In this document: in pieces, positions 14,801 through 28,080 of the stretch
Position numbering within the stretch: position 1 is the stretch's first letter
Layout: the number at the start of each line of letters is the position of its first letter
Assembly (NCBI GenBank): GCA_965235115.1
Contig: OZ249437.1
Location: forward strand, 47,740,001-47,804,000
Source of the DNA: Laetmonice hystrix
Lineage: Eukaryota
Reading direction: 5' to 3'
Length of the DNA: 64,000 bases
Notes under the pieces: model-generated
What the model was told of the DNA's origin: nothing
Databases searched by the model: none
What the model saw: the letters and a program-made list of their open reading frames with translations, nothing else
Translations under genes and position numbers: made by a program

Positions 14801-17559
14801 GCTGCCCTTCAGCCATTGGTGGGTGCAGTGGCTGAAAATCTGAGCCAGAGAAAAAAAAAACCTTGACAGAACCAAGATATCAACAGCCTTACACTATAAA
14901 TGTTGTTATTTTTTAGACGAAAATTACATCCTAATTTGTATGTCCATATTATACAATGATGCAAAATCTTGTGTCGAACTTTGTACGCATAATCTACACA
15001 ACACGGGGGGTTGCTGATTCAGAGCCCAGACAACGTGTTTCTCCTGGTCGCGTCAACTTGTCGTGTGCCACTCCCCACTTGCCAATATAATCCTGGCTAG
15101 GCAAACCGGTCTGCTCCTGTATTGAGTTATATAAGACCCTTGTTGGAGCGGAAATTGCATTTCACGCCAGAATAAACGAAATTAACAATGTCATAACAGA
15201 TGGTATATTGTTTCTCAAAACGCTGTTGGGACTTGAGCAGTCTCAAATTTCAGTTTTACCGTGCCAGTTTTTGGATCTGATAAGATGCAGTAATGATCAA
15301 TGTATTCGCATGAAATGTGGCAAGCAGATGGCCAAGGCAATGGTTTTTGGGCTGCTTCATTCTGCTTTCCACTGTAGGCGCCTATAACCATGAAGGTACG
15401 CCTCGGAATGACGAACGACTCGGTGACATCTACCAAGGTTCTGGTTTGGGCTTATTATGTCCCTCCGTGCATTAATCAGATAATTCACTGCATCACCTGA
15501 CATACTAAAGCTGATGTTGTGCACGTCCCATAATAAACAGAAAGTGGCGAGCAATCTTGTTTGCTGCCTTTTCGCCTGAGGTCGTACGAAATGCACTGCG
15601 TGCATGTTCACATTGCCTTATAACAATGGAGAGTTCTCGCATCGGTAGAGTACTCGATTTTACTCGGAGACTGTGTTGAAATAATCCTGACTAGGACGTT
15701 AAATTCAGGTCATATTTATATCTCTCCCTTCGCCAATCGAAATGTATAAGAGAGAGAGACCTCTTTGGCGAGTCAAATGCGGAAACCGCTCGCCAAAAGA
15801 CTTTTGCTAGTGGCATAAGTTAAGGGGATTTCTTGTCTCACCCGCCGGATCGACTGTAACGATCTTCAGATTAATGCTCACCTCCTCACCACTGACGTAC
15901 TTTATGGCCATGAATGTTCCTGATATTGATTCTGTTAACACATGCTATAAGCTGTGAAATTATCCCTGATAGTGGAAAAATTACAAAAACTAGCCCGAGG
16001 GCACGCAAACACAATGAATGTCGCTATTTTGGCATGTCGCCAATCGTTTGAAGGTTATGCTGCTGTGGTGTCGAGCACACCTAGGGTAACAGTGCGCAAC
16101 GAATGTAGATCCAGAATTCGTGAAAAAATATCTGTGATTTTCCTGAGAATAATGCTGAAAATATTCGAAATCTACTTTCTTCTAGTACAAATCGAACATC
16201 TCTATTGTGAATACTGACAGAAGAGCTTCTAATTTGCACAGACCATAATTTGCATAACCGTATGCATAGGAATATGAAAAACAACCCCCGGGGTTTAGGA
16301 AGCCAAGTAGGTCATTTTCAGTGACTGAAATTTGGCGACTTTTAGAATTTATTTTACATAATGCCTTCACGGCCACATAAAAAGGTAAGGGAGCTCTGGA
16401 TCATATCGGAGAACCGCAATGCAGACATATTTTTGTGAAACACCACGTATGACTTGAAATTTGTGATATGTTTCCTTCAAATTTGATGTCATTCGTTGAA
16501 TTTTCGGGTGACATAACTAATAACATCATGGAAATAAAACCTCACACATGCGACGAGCCTACAAACACCTGCATAAGAACACGCGATCGTTAAAACCAGA
16601 TACGGGCTGGAAAAGTGCACTTTGAAAATTGGTTTCTCCCTGGGAAAGACTTGGTACGGTAAGAGCAATACATTAAGCCGAGACCTCGACGTACTAGCAT
16701 GCTGATGCGTTTGCTGAAAACCTTATTGTAGTGTTTGGGTCGGGATGGAGAATGCTGTTGTAATACTGGGAGAATATCCCGAACTCGTCAACCAGATCTG
16801 TCTGCCAGCCAGGCGCTCATCTGCCTTAACACTATACATACCCTAGGTTCGAGCCAGTCAAATGACCTTTGCCATTTAGCCCTGCACCTGGTACTGCACC
16901 TGAACAACAGCAGGTAATCTGCAATCAGATATCGTGAGAACGGGACAGGGTGGGCAAACATACGTCTTCAGTTAAGAAGAGTTTACGCTACAAAGGGTAA
17001 TACTTAGCGGCAGAGACTGAAGCATGCACGATCGATATAACCTTCTTTGATGGTGATAATTACTTTCATTTTAAAACCGATCAATATGATAACTTCTTCA
17101 TATTATTGTTTATCAAACCCGTCACAATGAACCATTTCAGAATCTTTTTCTTTGTGCATGGACGTATCTAAAATTAAAATCTCCTAATGGACACGTGGTC
17201 TACATTCAGAAGTCGGCATTTCTATAGATACCGCAAACATCATGAAGATATACACTTAGACGTCGAACCGTGTTTATATTGAAACCGGATCCGTTCTAGT
17301 TTTTATTTAGCTGATCAATGCACTACAGACATATGTCTAAATGCCATGGTTTTACAAGAAAGTTCCTCACCGCCCATGTTATGTTACAAAATTATGTTAC
17401 CTCTGTGTGTGTGGATGTGGAGGTAATATGATATATGCTCGGTACAACAGAAGGCGCCTGCAGACTCGCCAGGTTTAGCATTGTGCCGTGTAAACAGCCA
17501 TTTATGACGGGAGGTGAAGTTCGTTACCCGATCATTGTGACACGGAGAGATGTCACTAT

Positions 17560-17720
17560 ATGTCAGCCGACATCCACTCGCAATCTGTCGGTACTACCCG
17601 CCTGTCATCGAGCAGATCTCTGTCAGCCTTGGCAGGTTTTCAACCAACGCCACTTCGAAACCTCTGCCATGCAAAACAAGATCAAGGGTTCCCTGGGCAA
17701 GAAGGGACCTGCGTTAGCAA
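17560..17720 (+). mobile_element. LINE (CR1/L2-like) RT N-terminal remnant
   Basis: SVLPACHRADLCQPWQVFNQ...KKG resembles the LINE segment RVLKECAxELCxPLxxIFN...KKG. Confidence 0.3.
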
Positions 17721-17966
17721 TGTACAACATGTTTAAGATAACCCCTCTTTTTTTCAATGGATCCTATCTTTGCTTTGGCAGGTGCCTTTTTAAACAAGGG
17801 TCACTAGGCCATCCCTGGGAAATAAACCCGACGGTAACCTAAATCTCCCTTTTATTGTGATGTAGTTAGGAAGGAAAAAGAAGATAGAGAACGCTTGATT
17901 TCATAATTAACTCGTCATATCTTATGAGAGGAAAGGTAAAGTAGGGGTCACTATTTATTGCAGCTG

Positions 17967-18200
17967 ATGGCCTTGAAACCCGTCCCGCCACCTGGACTTC
18001 AGCTGGTGTCAGAACGAAAGCTTCAGGCACCAAGATCATATAATAATCATTGTAATTTTTTCAAAAGAGACTTTACAGGGAGACTTGATGGAAAAATGCA
18101 ACTGTACACCGTTCTGACAACGCCACGAATCCAAAAATCAATAAACTGGAATTGGCAGTGGAATATCATTCCATTAATGCTAATTATGCAGCACGGTCCT
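17967..18200 (+). mobile_element. Possible Gypsy gag remnant
   Basis: MALKPVPPPGLQL...RLDGKMQLYTVL loosely resembles the start of Gypsy gag. A PBS-like TGGTGTCAGAA lies at 18004. Confidence 0.25.
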
Positions 18201-18349
18201 GCTTATTCATGCTAACATCAAGTAGCACTCAGTGCCGATCAACAGACTCGAACGCAGACTCGTTTATTACATCACTGTTTGTTTTCCATCATTATATTGC
18301 GTTGATATTGCCGATCGCTTAGCGCAGCTCGATATGATCAGGTCTAACA

Positions 18350-18670
18350 AGACTGAAGGGCCAGACAAGTCAGAATGAGCAGGATGTGAAGCGTGCATGG
18401 AACAGCCTTCTTACACCGCGGCCCCCAACTCAGATAGTGGACGGGGCCGGGGACCAGGAGCCGGAGGGGCACAGACCTTCCAGCTGGCAGGACGTCGGCA
18501 TGGCCTCCACGGCACGATTAGACCCCTCTAACCGCCAACACTAGCCCATCCGGAAAACCTCCCCATAATTCTCCACTTCTACCATCAAACTTCCTGCCCA
18601 AACCTTCCGCAAGATTTATGCTTCTGTCAACACTATCATAAATCAGGGCACAGTTCCTAAAAACTAAGCA
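18350..18670 (+). mobile_element. LINE RT remnant
   Basis: NKTEGPD (KAxGPD-like) followed by VNTIINQGTVPKN*A (IxNxSxxxGxVPxxWKxA-like). Confidence 0.3.
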
Positions 18671-20689
18671 GACCAGCCAATCAGAAGCGTTAAGCGTAAA
18701 CTTAAGTAAGATCTTAAGTTTTCAGGACCCTGCTGTCCGTGGTTTAAGATCATATGACGTGATACATAATGACCCTCTGTGTAAATGATCTCGGCCCGCA
18801 ATTATCAACTAATTATGTCACCATCGGCTCATCACCAGACCTCCACCCCCACGACGTGCCTTGGATAAATCAAACATTGCTTATTCTGGCTCTCTTGACT
18901 CGATTTTCTCTTTTATTCATGCAATGTAGGCCGTATAACTCTCCGGTCACAATTCGCTAATCATAGAGCCGCCTCTACATCCCCACTTCCTACGCAAGTA
19001 CGTGTGTGTGTGGGGGGGGGGATAACAGCTGTACTCTGAAACACAATGAACTCAAATACTAACAGAGATATCATCCAACTGTTTCATTCAGTTTCTATGG
19101 TTCTGTATCGATCTGTTATGGAGTCCACTATACAAGCTGACCGTATGTCGGTTGTGTCCTCTTCAGTAGAATACTGCGGGTAAACGTACCGATTTTATAA
19201 TGCGGGTAAACGTGCCGATTTACAACTGAACACTGGAGTTTGTTTCCATACCACAGACCGAGATAATGCAACTGATATTATCCACGCAGTCTCAATGTCA
19301 TATTCTGATGTACACTGCTTTATTATGCCCTTCAAAATGGATTTTGACTTACAGTCAATCAGACATCTCATATTCTGTAGTAAAAGATGTAGGCCGTTCG
19401 GTGTAATGGACGTTTGGCATCGTCAACCGAGGACCACAATCATTGTTTTCATCAAAAGTCAAAGTCTATTTCTGACAGGCGTTGCTATCCCTGTAGGTAT
19501 GGTTTCATTTGTAACAGTACGTGACCGACATTGAAAGGTGAGGGATGGCAAAATCAAGAGTACGACTTCAATTGGACGATTTTATTCAAATTCCCCCATC
19601 GCGTAAATCATCTAGATAGGTCAGAACTTAGAAAGAATCTAAAAGAAACCATCATTATCTGTCACTTCGGGCACGGAGAGTGGTATTTCAGACTGCAAAG
19701 GGTAATGCCGCGTTAAAGTTCCCCACATTAACACAACTAAACAAACAGCACACAACAACTGTTTTCTCTCCCTCGTATTTACTCTGCGTACTGCCGCCCC
19801 CTTTCCTGTTTTAACCTCTGCCTGCATGTCTAAGGTTCGCCTTTCCAATGACCTAACCCATGTTGTCGACATGCCCCTACTAAATAAAAGGATGGGTTCC
19901 CATGAACATTTCCAGGAGATAAGGATTCCCGACTCGAGGAACGTCGAGGTATGTGGTAAATAGAATGTCGTTTCTGTCAAAGCAGGTACAGATTACAAGT
20001 GACATTAACAGTGCTATTTATATCACGTCAATATGCCTCCGTACTGCACGTCTTTCCGAGCCTCAAGCCTCCTGCCTTGTCACGAGGCATGCTGGCTGAC
20101 CGCCTGTGATTCCGTGTGCCGACATGATCTATACACCAACGTCTTGATTTCATCATATCAACAGAGTACGAACGGGGTCGACAACAGCATGCTTCAAACA
20201 CTACAAATAGAATGGCGACTTGGATTATCTATCATGTGTCTCCGAGTTAATGTGGTTTGTTTTTAGGTGTGAATTTACCTGATTTTCCTTTACATTATTT
20301 GATCAAGGATATATTCTGATTGGAAGAAATGTCACTTAGCCTAATCCCCCGGTGGCATACTGAAATGATTTCCTTACGATCCCATTTTGTGAACATTCCT
20401 ATATGGTATACTGATCACGACATCCGACATGTCGTTTTACACCGTGGATATATCAATCAACAGAAACAAGTTTGAGATATAGGGACATGTGTCAGCTTGA
20501 GTCGACAATTGATAAAAATATACGCGTTCACAGGCAACAACGGCATGTCGGAAATATATGTTCCAACCTCACCGACCCCAACGCCCACACACCCGTCACT
20601 AGTTGGTGTTTATCGCCTGGAGTCAGCAGTATTTCAGCTATATCAGGGCAAGAACAAGGCAACTAACTCAGTGAAATCCATTGTGTGAT

Positions 20690-20915
20690 AAGGATGAGAT
20701 GATAGGGAGAAACCCGCGCACCGGGGCGAACCCCTACTCTTTTTCGATAAATTCCAAGGGATCTCTAACGTGCCCCTCCACATAGACGTGTCGTGAAACG
20801 GTCGGCCTTTGATAAAGCAGTCAGCAGCACTGCTTTGAAGAAAAGTCCGGCAATGCCGTGGCTCGAACCCTTTGAATCAAAGATCCCGTGCTCTAACCAC
20901 TGTGCCATCCCGGTC
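20690..20915 (-). mobile_element. tRNA-derived SINE
   Basis: Minus strand has a Pol III A box TGGCACAGTGG (20907-20897) and B box GGTTCGAGCC (20869-20860), followed by about 170 nt of body. The body includes the CCCTACTCTTTTTCGA...TAACGTGCC core (plus-strand reading) seen in marine-invertebrate SINEs. Confidence 0.7.
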
Positions 20916-20944
20916 CTGCAGGTGTGAAAGAAATCCAAGTCCCA

Positions 20945-21190
20945 CTGAAATGCAGGTCCGATGGCACATAGCTATTCTGTATAAGTCCGACGGACCTGCA
21001 TTCCTATGACTTGAAGTCCGTGATGTTGAATTATTTAAATATTTCTTCATAATCCTATCACTAATCCTAACCCTAATCCATTTTGTATTTTCTTTAAAAT
21101 ATTGTCTTATACCACGAAGTTGATGACCTAGGACCTGCATAACCAGGGAATCCAGGTCCGACTGACCTCTATTCCGGCAGACCTCCATTC
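20945..21190. mobile_element. Putative non-autonomous Helitron/Helentron-like or MITE-like element
   Basis: 12-bp stem AATGCAGGTCCG/CGGACCTGCATT (20949-21002), a short CCTAA(C/T) core (21061-21079) and a further GGACCTGCAT copy at 21131. The family assignment is inference. Confidence 0.35.
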
Positions 21191-21879
21191 CGTCCCCACA
21201 TGTACTAATCAACTAAAAGCTGAAGAGAAACCTCGGCATAGATACTTGTCATTGCACAAATAATCTAATCCTACAGAAAATTAGCCTTAAACTTTGGTTT
21301 TTCGTGATCAGGAAGGCTGTCCACTGAGTCGGGCGGCGTCGGTTTGCCAAATGTCCGACAATATGGCAAGTGTTCATTGCCTTCACAATACACTGATACA
21401 GTCACACCTGTTGGCTATTGAACGCAGGTTTTATGGGTTAAACCTTTACTACCGTTGTGTTAGGGTACCTTCAGGTTATCGATCTCGATACCCACCGATG
21501 TATTCTGCCAACGCAGGCCAAACATCTTCTAAAGCTCTATTTTTTAGCAGCTATAATACTCCAAAAAAATTAGAAGATGTCATGAAAATCTAAAACTATT
21601 TCCAACACTCCTAAACGTACATCTTGTAGAAATACTCTTCTCCGATTTAAGGAATAGTTTCACTATTGTAATACTCTAGGCAATACACAGGCACTGGCCG
21701 CAGCACGATAAGAATATCATAGAACAGTACATGTGAAGTATCTTACTGTTTGAATCAAGTGAGCTCTAAGATATGCCATCTCCCTGACAATTCCTTCGAC
21801 ACCTATAGAAATCTATGAAGGCTGAAGTGATGGCAACAGGGTAATTCTGCAATACAGCAATGCTTATTTTCATCGTGAA

Positions 21880-22900
21880 AATACGTTTATAAGAAAGGAA
21901 TGACAATGTGCTTCACAGAACTGCTTCAACATTCTGAGACGATCCAAGAAACGCGATATCCCTATGCATTTATCACATCTATCACCCAGTATATTGAAGC
22001 ATTAATGGGAGTGTATCAAAGGAAACTTTCCCCACTCAAAGCTTGCAACTACGTTCAAAGAAAATGGCATTCAGGGCATTCAGTATTAATTTTCCCTACG
22101 TGGTGAAACTCGAATAAAGTCTAACGGTGTTCAGAAATTAGTACAGAAAGATAATGCAAGGTCTGACAAGTGACAGTGACCATAGCTAAAACTAAAAATA
22201 GTATAATGCGAAAAACAAAGGTGGTGCTCTACTTGATTCGTGCATTGATTGCCAAAAATAGATACAGGTGATGTCAATTTTTGATAGATTACAAAATTTT
22301 CGGATGTGAAATCGAATGAAGATCGGGACAGTGGACGCCCGCCTTTAGCTGACGCCCACCGCCACAATAGATGGTCTAAATCAAGCTGTTCTGGAGGAAC
22401 TCGAACTTTGGAGAAATCTAGCAGAAATACATAGCTTAATGGCAGTCATCCGTAATTCTTCACCAATTCGTTACATTTTGGCAAATCTTTTTATGGTCAG
22501 TCTATTGTTTCTCAAAGAGAGACGTACGTCGTAGTAAGTACGACCCGAAGGGTAGTAGGAAGTGTTGGTACGTCTTGGGCATAACGAATGAAAACCCTTG
22601 GGACAATCCTCGGCCCTTCGAGTCTGAGACTCGGAGAATCTATCGGTTGTTTGACAGGACCTAGCCCTGTAGATCTACGAATACTGCCTGCAGGCGATGT
22701 TGATTACAGTAAATGGTACCTTTTACACATCATAAGCCGAACTTTCGCCATTTTCACCTTTGTTATTGGCGACAATTTTCATTACTTCACACAACATCTA
22801 TTTTTCAGAGTGAGGGGACTGCCCTAAGACATGCACCAAATGGCTCTAGATATTTATTTTGGATGACTACTAAAAACAATGGAAGAAATCGTGGCCTTGT
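21880..22900 (+). mobile_element. Decayed Gypsy-like element (gag, protease and integrase traces)
   Basis: Motifs appear in the expected order: FTELLQHSET (gag-like, 21910), KIDTG-DVN (protease, 22256-22279), DYSKW (22702-22716), RVRGLP plus NGS (integrase-like). No RT core recognised. Confidence 0.45.
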
Positions 22901-25900
22901 AATCAAAGATCAGATAAAGCCTTCCCTTCTACTTAGGGAGCAGGAAGGACCTTCCAGCGCACGATAAAACAATATGTTCTTTGTCTGAAAATCCAACGTC
23001 AATGACAGGCAATGTGTATCACCTTAGAACGAGTAAACGTATATGGAAAAGAAATCAAGTGAAAACTTCACTTTGCTGTCAAAGTTGTCCAAATAAACGT
23101 CATCAATTCCCGACTGCGCTTCCGTTTTCTTCAGTCCTGCCCAGAACTGTTCAAATATGTCTAATCTGTCGGACCACGTGTCGTCGACAAGGTAGGAGTG
23201 ATGGTGAGGTGGGGGGTTGTGGGCATCCTGCCAACAGCCCGGCTATGGCAAGGTGTGGACCATGACACCAAGATGTAGCCATGGAGGCTAACGCAATCTC
23301 CATCCCAAATATGATACAGGGGTGAAATCGTTTGATCCCCTGCCACCAACTCAATCACGCTTGTTCATCCTTGTGAAGCCGTTGCCTATCCAACCCGATT
23401 CCTAAAAATGTCACTGAAACTTAAATGCAATTTGTGTCAGTGGCGCGGACTGTGTGCCCGTCAGCTGTTGGTGTCGGCCGCAGCGGGTCACCATCCCACA
23501 GCCAGCGCAGGGCCCGAATCTAGGATCGGGGTGAAATATGTGTAATTTGCCTATTTCACGGAAATCTGACACCATGAAAGCCACACGCGAGGGATGGTGT
23601 AGGAAATGAGAAGATGTTCCTCTCCTGACAAATTAGTCTGCCCTAAGTGAATTGTACAGCACCATCTCTGTCAGTGGGCGCTGCCTATAGCTCCACCGCC
23701 CGTGCAGCTTTACACATGCCAATCGAACAAGCAATCTATTCTCTGAGATACGACTTTATGAACTACAGACCAGTAACAAGGGGGCTGTGCACCCTGGTTA
23801 TATTTTGCCCTCCCCCTTAAAATTCCGGAGACAGTGTTATTCTTGAATCAAGCTGGAGGCGAGAAGAAAGCCTCAATAAAGATTGTGTAATGTCCTTGGA
23901 CCAGAGCTGTCTTCTGTTGGAGGTTGGAGAGTCCCTGACCCTGATCGCAATAGAAGTGTAACCTGTGCACCCAAGTGAACAGCATACTGTTTGAAGATTC
24001 TCATGCCACAGGGCAAGTAACAAATAGAAATGTGTGTTTTTTAACCGGTTTTGTTTTTCATTGAATTCAGTGACATGACATTCATATTTTCAATCAAAGC
24101 CATTCAATTAGTACCAGTCCCCTCTAAGAATGGATCGCCTTTAGTTCCTTTCAACACTGACCACTTTTTGCTCAGAATTCACCACGCAAGCACACTGCAT
24201 TAATAGTATTGCTGATTAGTTCAGAGCTTAAAAGTGAAAGTTACAGAAACTTTTGGAAGACCTTAAGAAAAGGATACAATCTATTGATGAGACAAAAGTA
24301 ATAGTATCAACAATCAAACGATTTAGTTGTGATGTGAGTAGAATTACTTGTTAGCAAAGGGAAGTGCGCAGGTGTTCCGTTTGAAATCTACTTTTACACA
24401 ATGATGGTCCAACACAACACTGGCTACAACGCAACTGCTTTTTCCCTGAAAGATTTTCCCTGGCATATAAGCTGCTCCTTATATTATACGTGATCTTTCT
24501 TAAATAGCCCAACCCGATTGTATTTTATTTAAACCTTGACATCCAACTGACAGCTTTATTTAAATCCACATAGAACAGACATGCCTCATGACATAAGCAG
24601 TATTTAGTCTTATTCAGGTTTTTCTCTCTAAATTATTGTGAAGTGCGACATTTTCACTAAAAGCTGCCTGATTCCTCCATGGATTATGGAGGCTAGTGGA
24701 ATCGTACAAAGAATACATAATAAGTAAGTTGTACAAGGCACACGTAATTGCTACCAGCCATGCATTTTATGGTTCATAACGGGTTGTATTGTGTTTGATT
24801 CGTTGCTAACAAAAACTAACTTGATGTTATTTCATGGTCTAAACCGTGTCCATGTAACAAAGCATGAGTCTATCAGCCAACAGCCTCCCTTCTCATATCA
24901 AAGAAGGTGGTCAATAATATTTGCACTGAGAAGCTAGCTGGTGCCTTGAATGATTCAATGCCAAAAATATTAGATGTCGTCGAGTAAACCGCTGGACGTC
25001 AACCGTTCATCAAAGACGATTTACTCTATTTCATGTCTGGTTAAATCTGTATAAAGAGTAGTTTAAATGAGATGGTCTGAATTTATGCGAGTGTGCGATC
25101 AACCTGTCAATGCCATCTTTGCTCCTTATTGCTACAGAAGCCTTTGGCCTCCATGACTGAACCGCAGGTCGAGACTGCAAAGCTTGACTTATCATTTCCC
25201 AATGCCGCATCTGAAGGTTTATTGCTTATAGTCATTTCAGGCTTACTAAATGTGTAAATGCTATGGTCTGATCCCTACAATAATAGGTATATTATACTGT
25301 GAACGATGTACAGGGATGTTAGACTGTTTTCTGCTTTTAATGCATGCGATTATTCAATCCAGCTTGCTTTTAGTCTGCACATACCTATGGAAAGGCAGTG
25401 TTAAGAATGCCATAAATATTTCCCGTTGAGCTGAATCACAATAATGCAGACAGTACAAAATTTACCAAACGTGCGTATTCTGCGAACAATTATCACTCCC
25501 CGTCTTTGATAAACATTCTGATTTCTTCACTGAGGTTCATAACACGGTGTTGTGCCAGTCATAACACGATCCAGAGAGAATGTTTGTACAACTCAAAGAC
25601 TCGCTCAGCGTCAGACTCGCGCATTCAATATCCATATCTTACACAGGCATACTAAATTCCGGGCCGTAAAACGCGACGAGGCGAAGACAACTCATCTAGG
25701 AGGAGGGGCATGTCAAAGACAATGGCTTCCAATTGATGTGTTCAAGGACATGTCTTACTTCCACATTCTTTCTTTTCTATCGATATTAAACGACCTGAAG
25801 GCGAGTTTTAGGGTGTTTAAAAGCCAATCCAAACTAACCCGTAGAAAAACTATTGGGACTAATCTACATATTCCTTTCGATTGACGATGAATGGAAAATT

Positions 25901-26720
25901 ACTGCAGGAAATCAACCTTTATATGGTTCTTCATCAAATTTATTTACGCCTTGTTCAGATATTAGAATACTCTGGTGGTCGTAGTACACGCAAAAGGTGC
26001 CCTGTTACAGAGGAAATGTTGCCAACTAAAAACAGAAATTACAGTTGTGTACGAATCACCGTTAAAATGTAAACAATGCATCATCAGTCAAGGCCCCCCT
26101 CTTTATCACACACTATAAAATGTGTTAATGAGGTTAACCTTTTTTACAGATCAGTATTAGAGCCTGATGCCTGCATGTGGTTGAAATCACCAGCTTGTAG
26201 CAAACAACGTTAAAACTCGAACAGTGTCCAAAGTATGGCACCTGGGGGTAACCATCGCAATCAGTCAGTATTGTCTATCCATGTCAGTATTGCTGTCCGG
26301 CTTGTATTGTCCGATTTTGCTGATCGGCTTAGGGTTCAGTTCGCTGTCATTCAAATCTGCATCTCCGATCTAACTCTCAGCTCAGGATGCTCTGCCGGCA
26401 ATCAGCCGCCACGAGGTCGTCATTCGAGTCGACTGTGCGGCACGTCTGCCTGGTTGCTAGTGTGCGTACATGGACGCTGTCTCCACAGTACATGATCAAA
26501 CGAGCCTGCCATTGCTGACACCAACTCCCTCCAGCTTATCCTGGCTTACACGGAGGGGGATAAACCCTCGACTGACTCCCGTCAATGGTAGCACAGTCTG
26601 TCAGTACCACGTGTCACTGATCGAGGCAGCAGTATTCAAATCAGGCCAAACGGAACATAATCCAAGTGTTTCTCTCGACTTGATCATGTGTTAAATAGAC
26701 TTCATGCAGTCATATGACGG

Positions 26721-26918
26721 CACTGACGGATACAGGGGGGGGGGTCGGGGGTTCGACCACCCCCTGGCGACCAATCTCGCTTTTTCCCCATAGAACTTTC
26801 TGCATATGGTGACCCCCACCCCGCCTCTTTAGCAAATTCTACCGGTGACCCCCCCCCCCCACCCCCCCACCCCACCCCCACACGCCCCACGTTACCAAAA
26901 ATCATGGAACCTCCCCTG
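26721..26918. mobile_element. Degenerate MITE of the CAG(T/G)GGCG(G/T)ATCCAG-TIR type
   Basis: Left end CACTGACGGATACAGGGG, right end TGGAACCTCCCCTG, with poly-G/poly-C interior. Same architecture as 49542-49794. Confidence 0.45.
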
Positions 26919-27479
26919 AGACGGCAATGTTTGACATCCGTGGTAGTGTCGGCACTTCGGAGAATAAAGAAGAAATTATAATTATAATTATAAATGGAAT
27001 TATGGGAAGGAGTTTCTTAGGTGGATGTCTCTATCACTCAACAAAAGTAATACGAAAGCCAGAGATTAATGGATATAATGGTTGAGCAGAGTGGTTGGGT
27101 TTAGAAGAAATGATATTAATCTCATAGCAACTATTACAACAACAGTATACCTTATAACTAGACAACATGATACAAGTAGGATAGAAGACCTTTCGCATAT
27201 CTGACTGGAGCTTGCAAGATGGTTTCAGCAGCTTGCAAGAAATTCAAATGTCAACAACGTCTACTGGAGGGTATAGGGCTGTGTAGAAACATTACGAATA
27301 TCTCGGTCTGCGTTGTTTCCGGGAAAGATTATGATGTGGAGGGCGACCCCACACATAAGGAATCCCACACATAACCATTCATAGAAGAGTTGACATGTTC
27401 ACAGATCTGCATCCCGCTAATGGTGACAAGGTCAGATGCAAGGTTCCAGCTGGCCCAGTGGTACAGACTACAGTAGTGG

Positions 27480-28080
27480 CGGTTGAACATGTCATCATCC
27501 AGACAAGCCAGTCTATCCTGTCGCCAAGTGATCGAAGGACACTGGGCAGTAAACGGCTTCGGATACTTTCGCTGCCATGGAAATATAAGACAAGACAAGA
27601 CATAAGACAATAGCAAGCTTTATCGGACTTTTCAGAATCGCACAAAAGCGTAGTTACTGTGCAGACACCTCCTGTATAAAGATGACACCTTGTATCCTGC
27701 ATTCTCATGGGTTCTTTTTTAACCTTGAATCTATTTTATGTTAAAAGTTGGCACCATTACCGGCTTCAATGCACGAACAGCACTTATCCCAATGTTGTCC
27801 CTCGCCAAGACAGCCTGAGAGTTGGCCCCTGCCAAGCTGTCTGAGTGACATTCTGTGTCAGAAAATCCAGCTGGCTGACCAAAACATGATTTCTCCTTGG
27901 CAATCGACAATTCTCTCAACTGGCTGTATATCGGCCCACCAAACAGTACAAAAGTAACGAGCTTTTGAACAACGACAAGAAAATCCTTCGTACATCTTCC
28001 TGTCCCTGGGTCCAAGTGACTGAAACCAACAGCCAACAATGTCGACCACCCCGGCCTGCGACCTGCTGGGGGCAGGCACC
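27480..28080 (-). mobile_element. Gypsy-like integrase remnant
   Basis: Minus strand RPGWSTL...HLD...FLVVV...AVRALK, followed by FHGSESIRSRLLP. These resemble the RPWS..D..FLVVVD and GRxIRSRLP integrase motifs. Confidence 0.4.

Noticed and set aside
20845-20915. Functional tRNA gene
   Set aside because: A and B boxes are present, but I cannot build a full cloverleaf, there is no T-run terminator, and the sequence runs into a SINE body.
25759-25794. 36-nt minus-strand micro-exon (ag|GTCGTT...TGGAA|gtaaga)
   Set aside because: Phase 0 contains a stop, the acceptor pyrimidine tract is weak, and there is no recognisable product.
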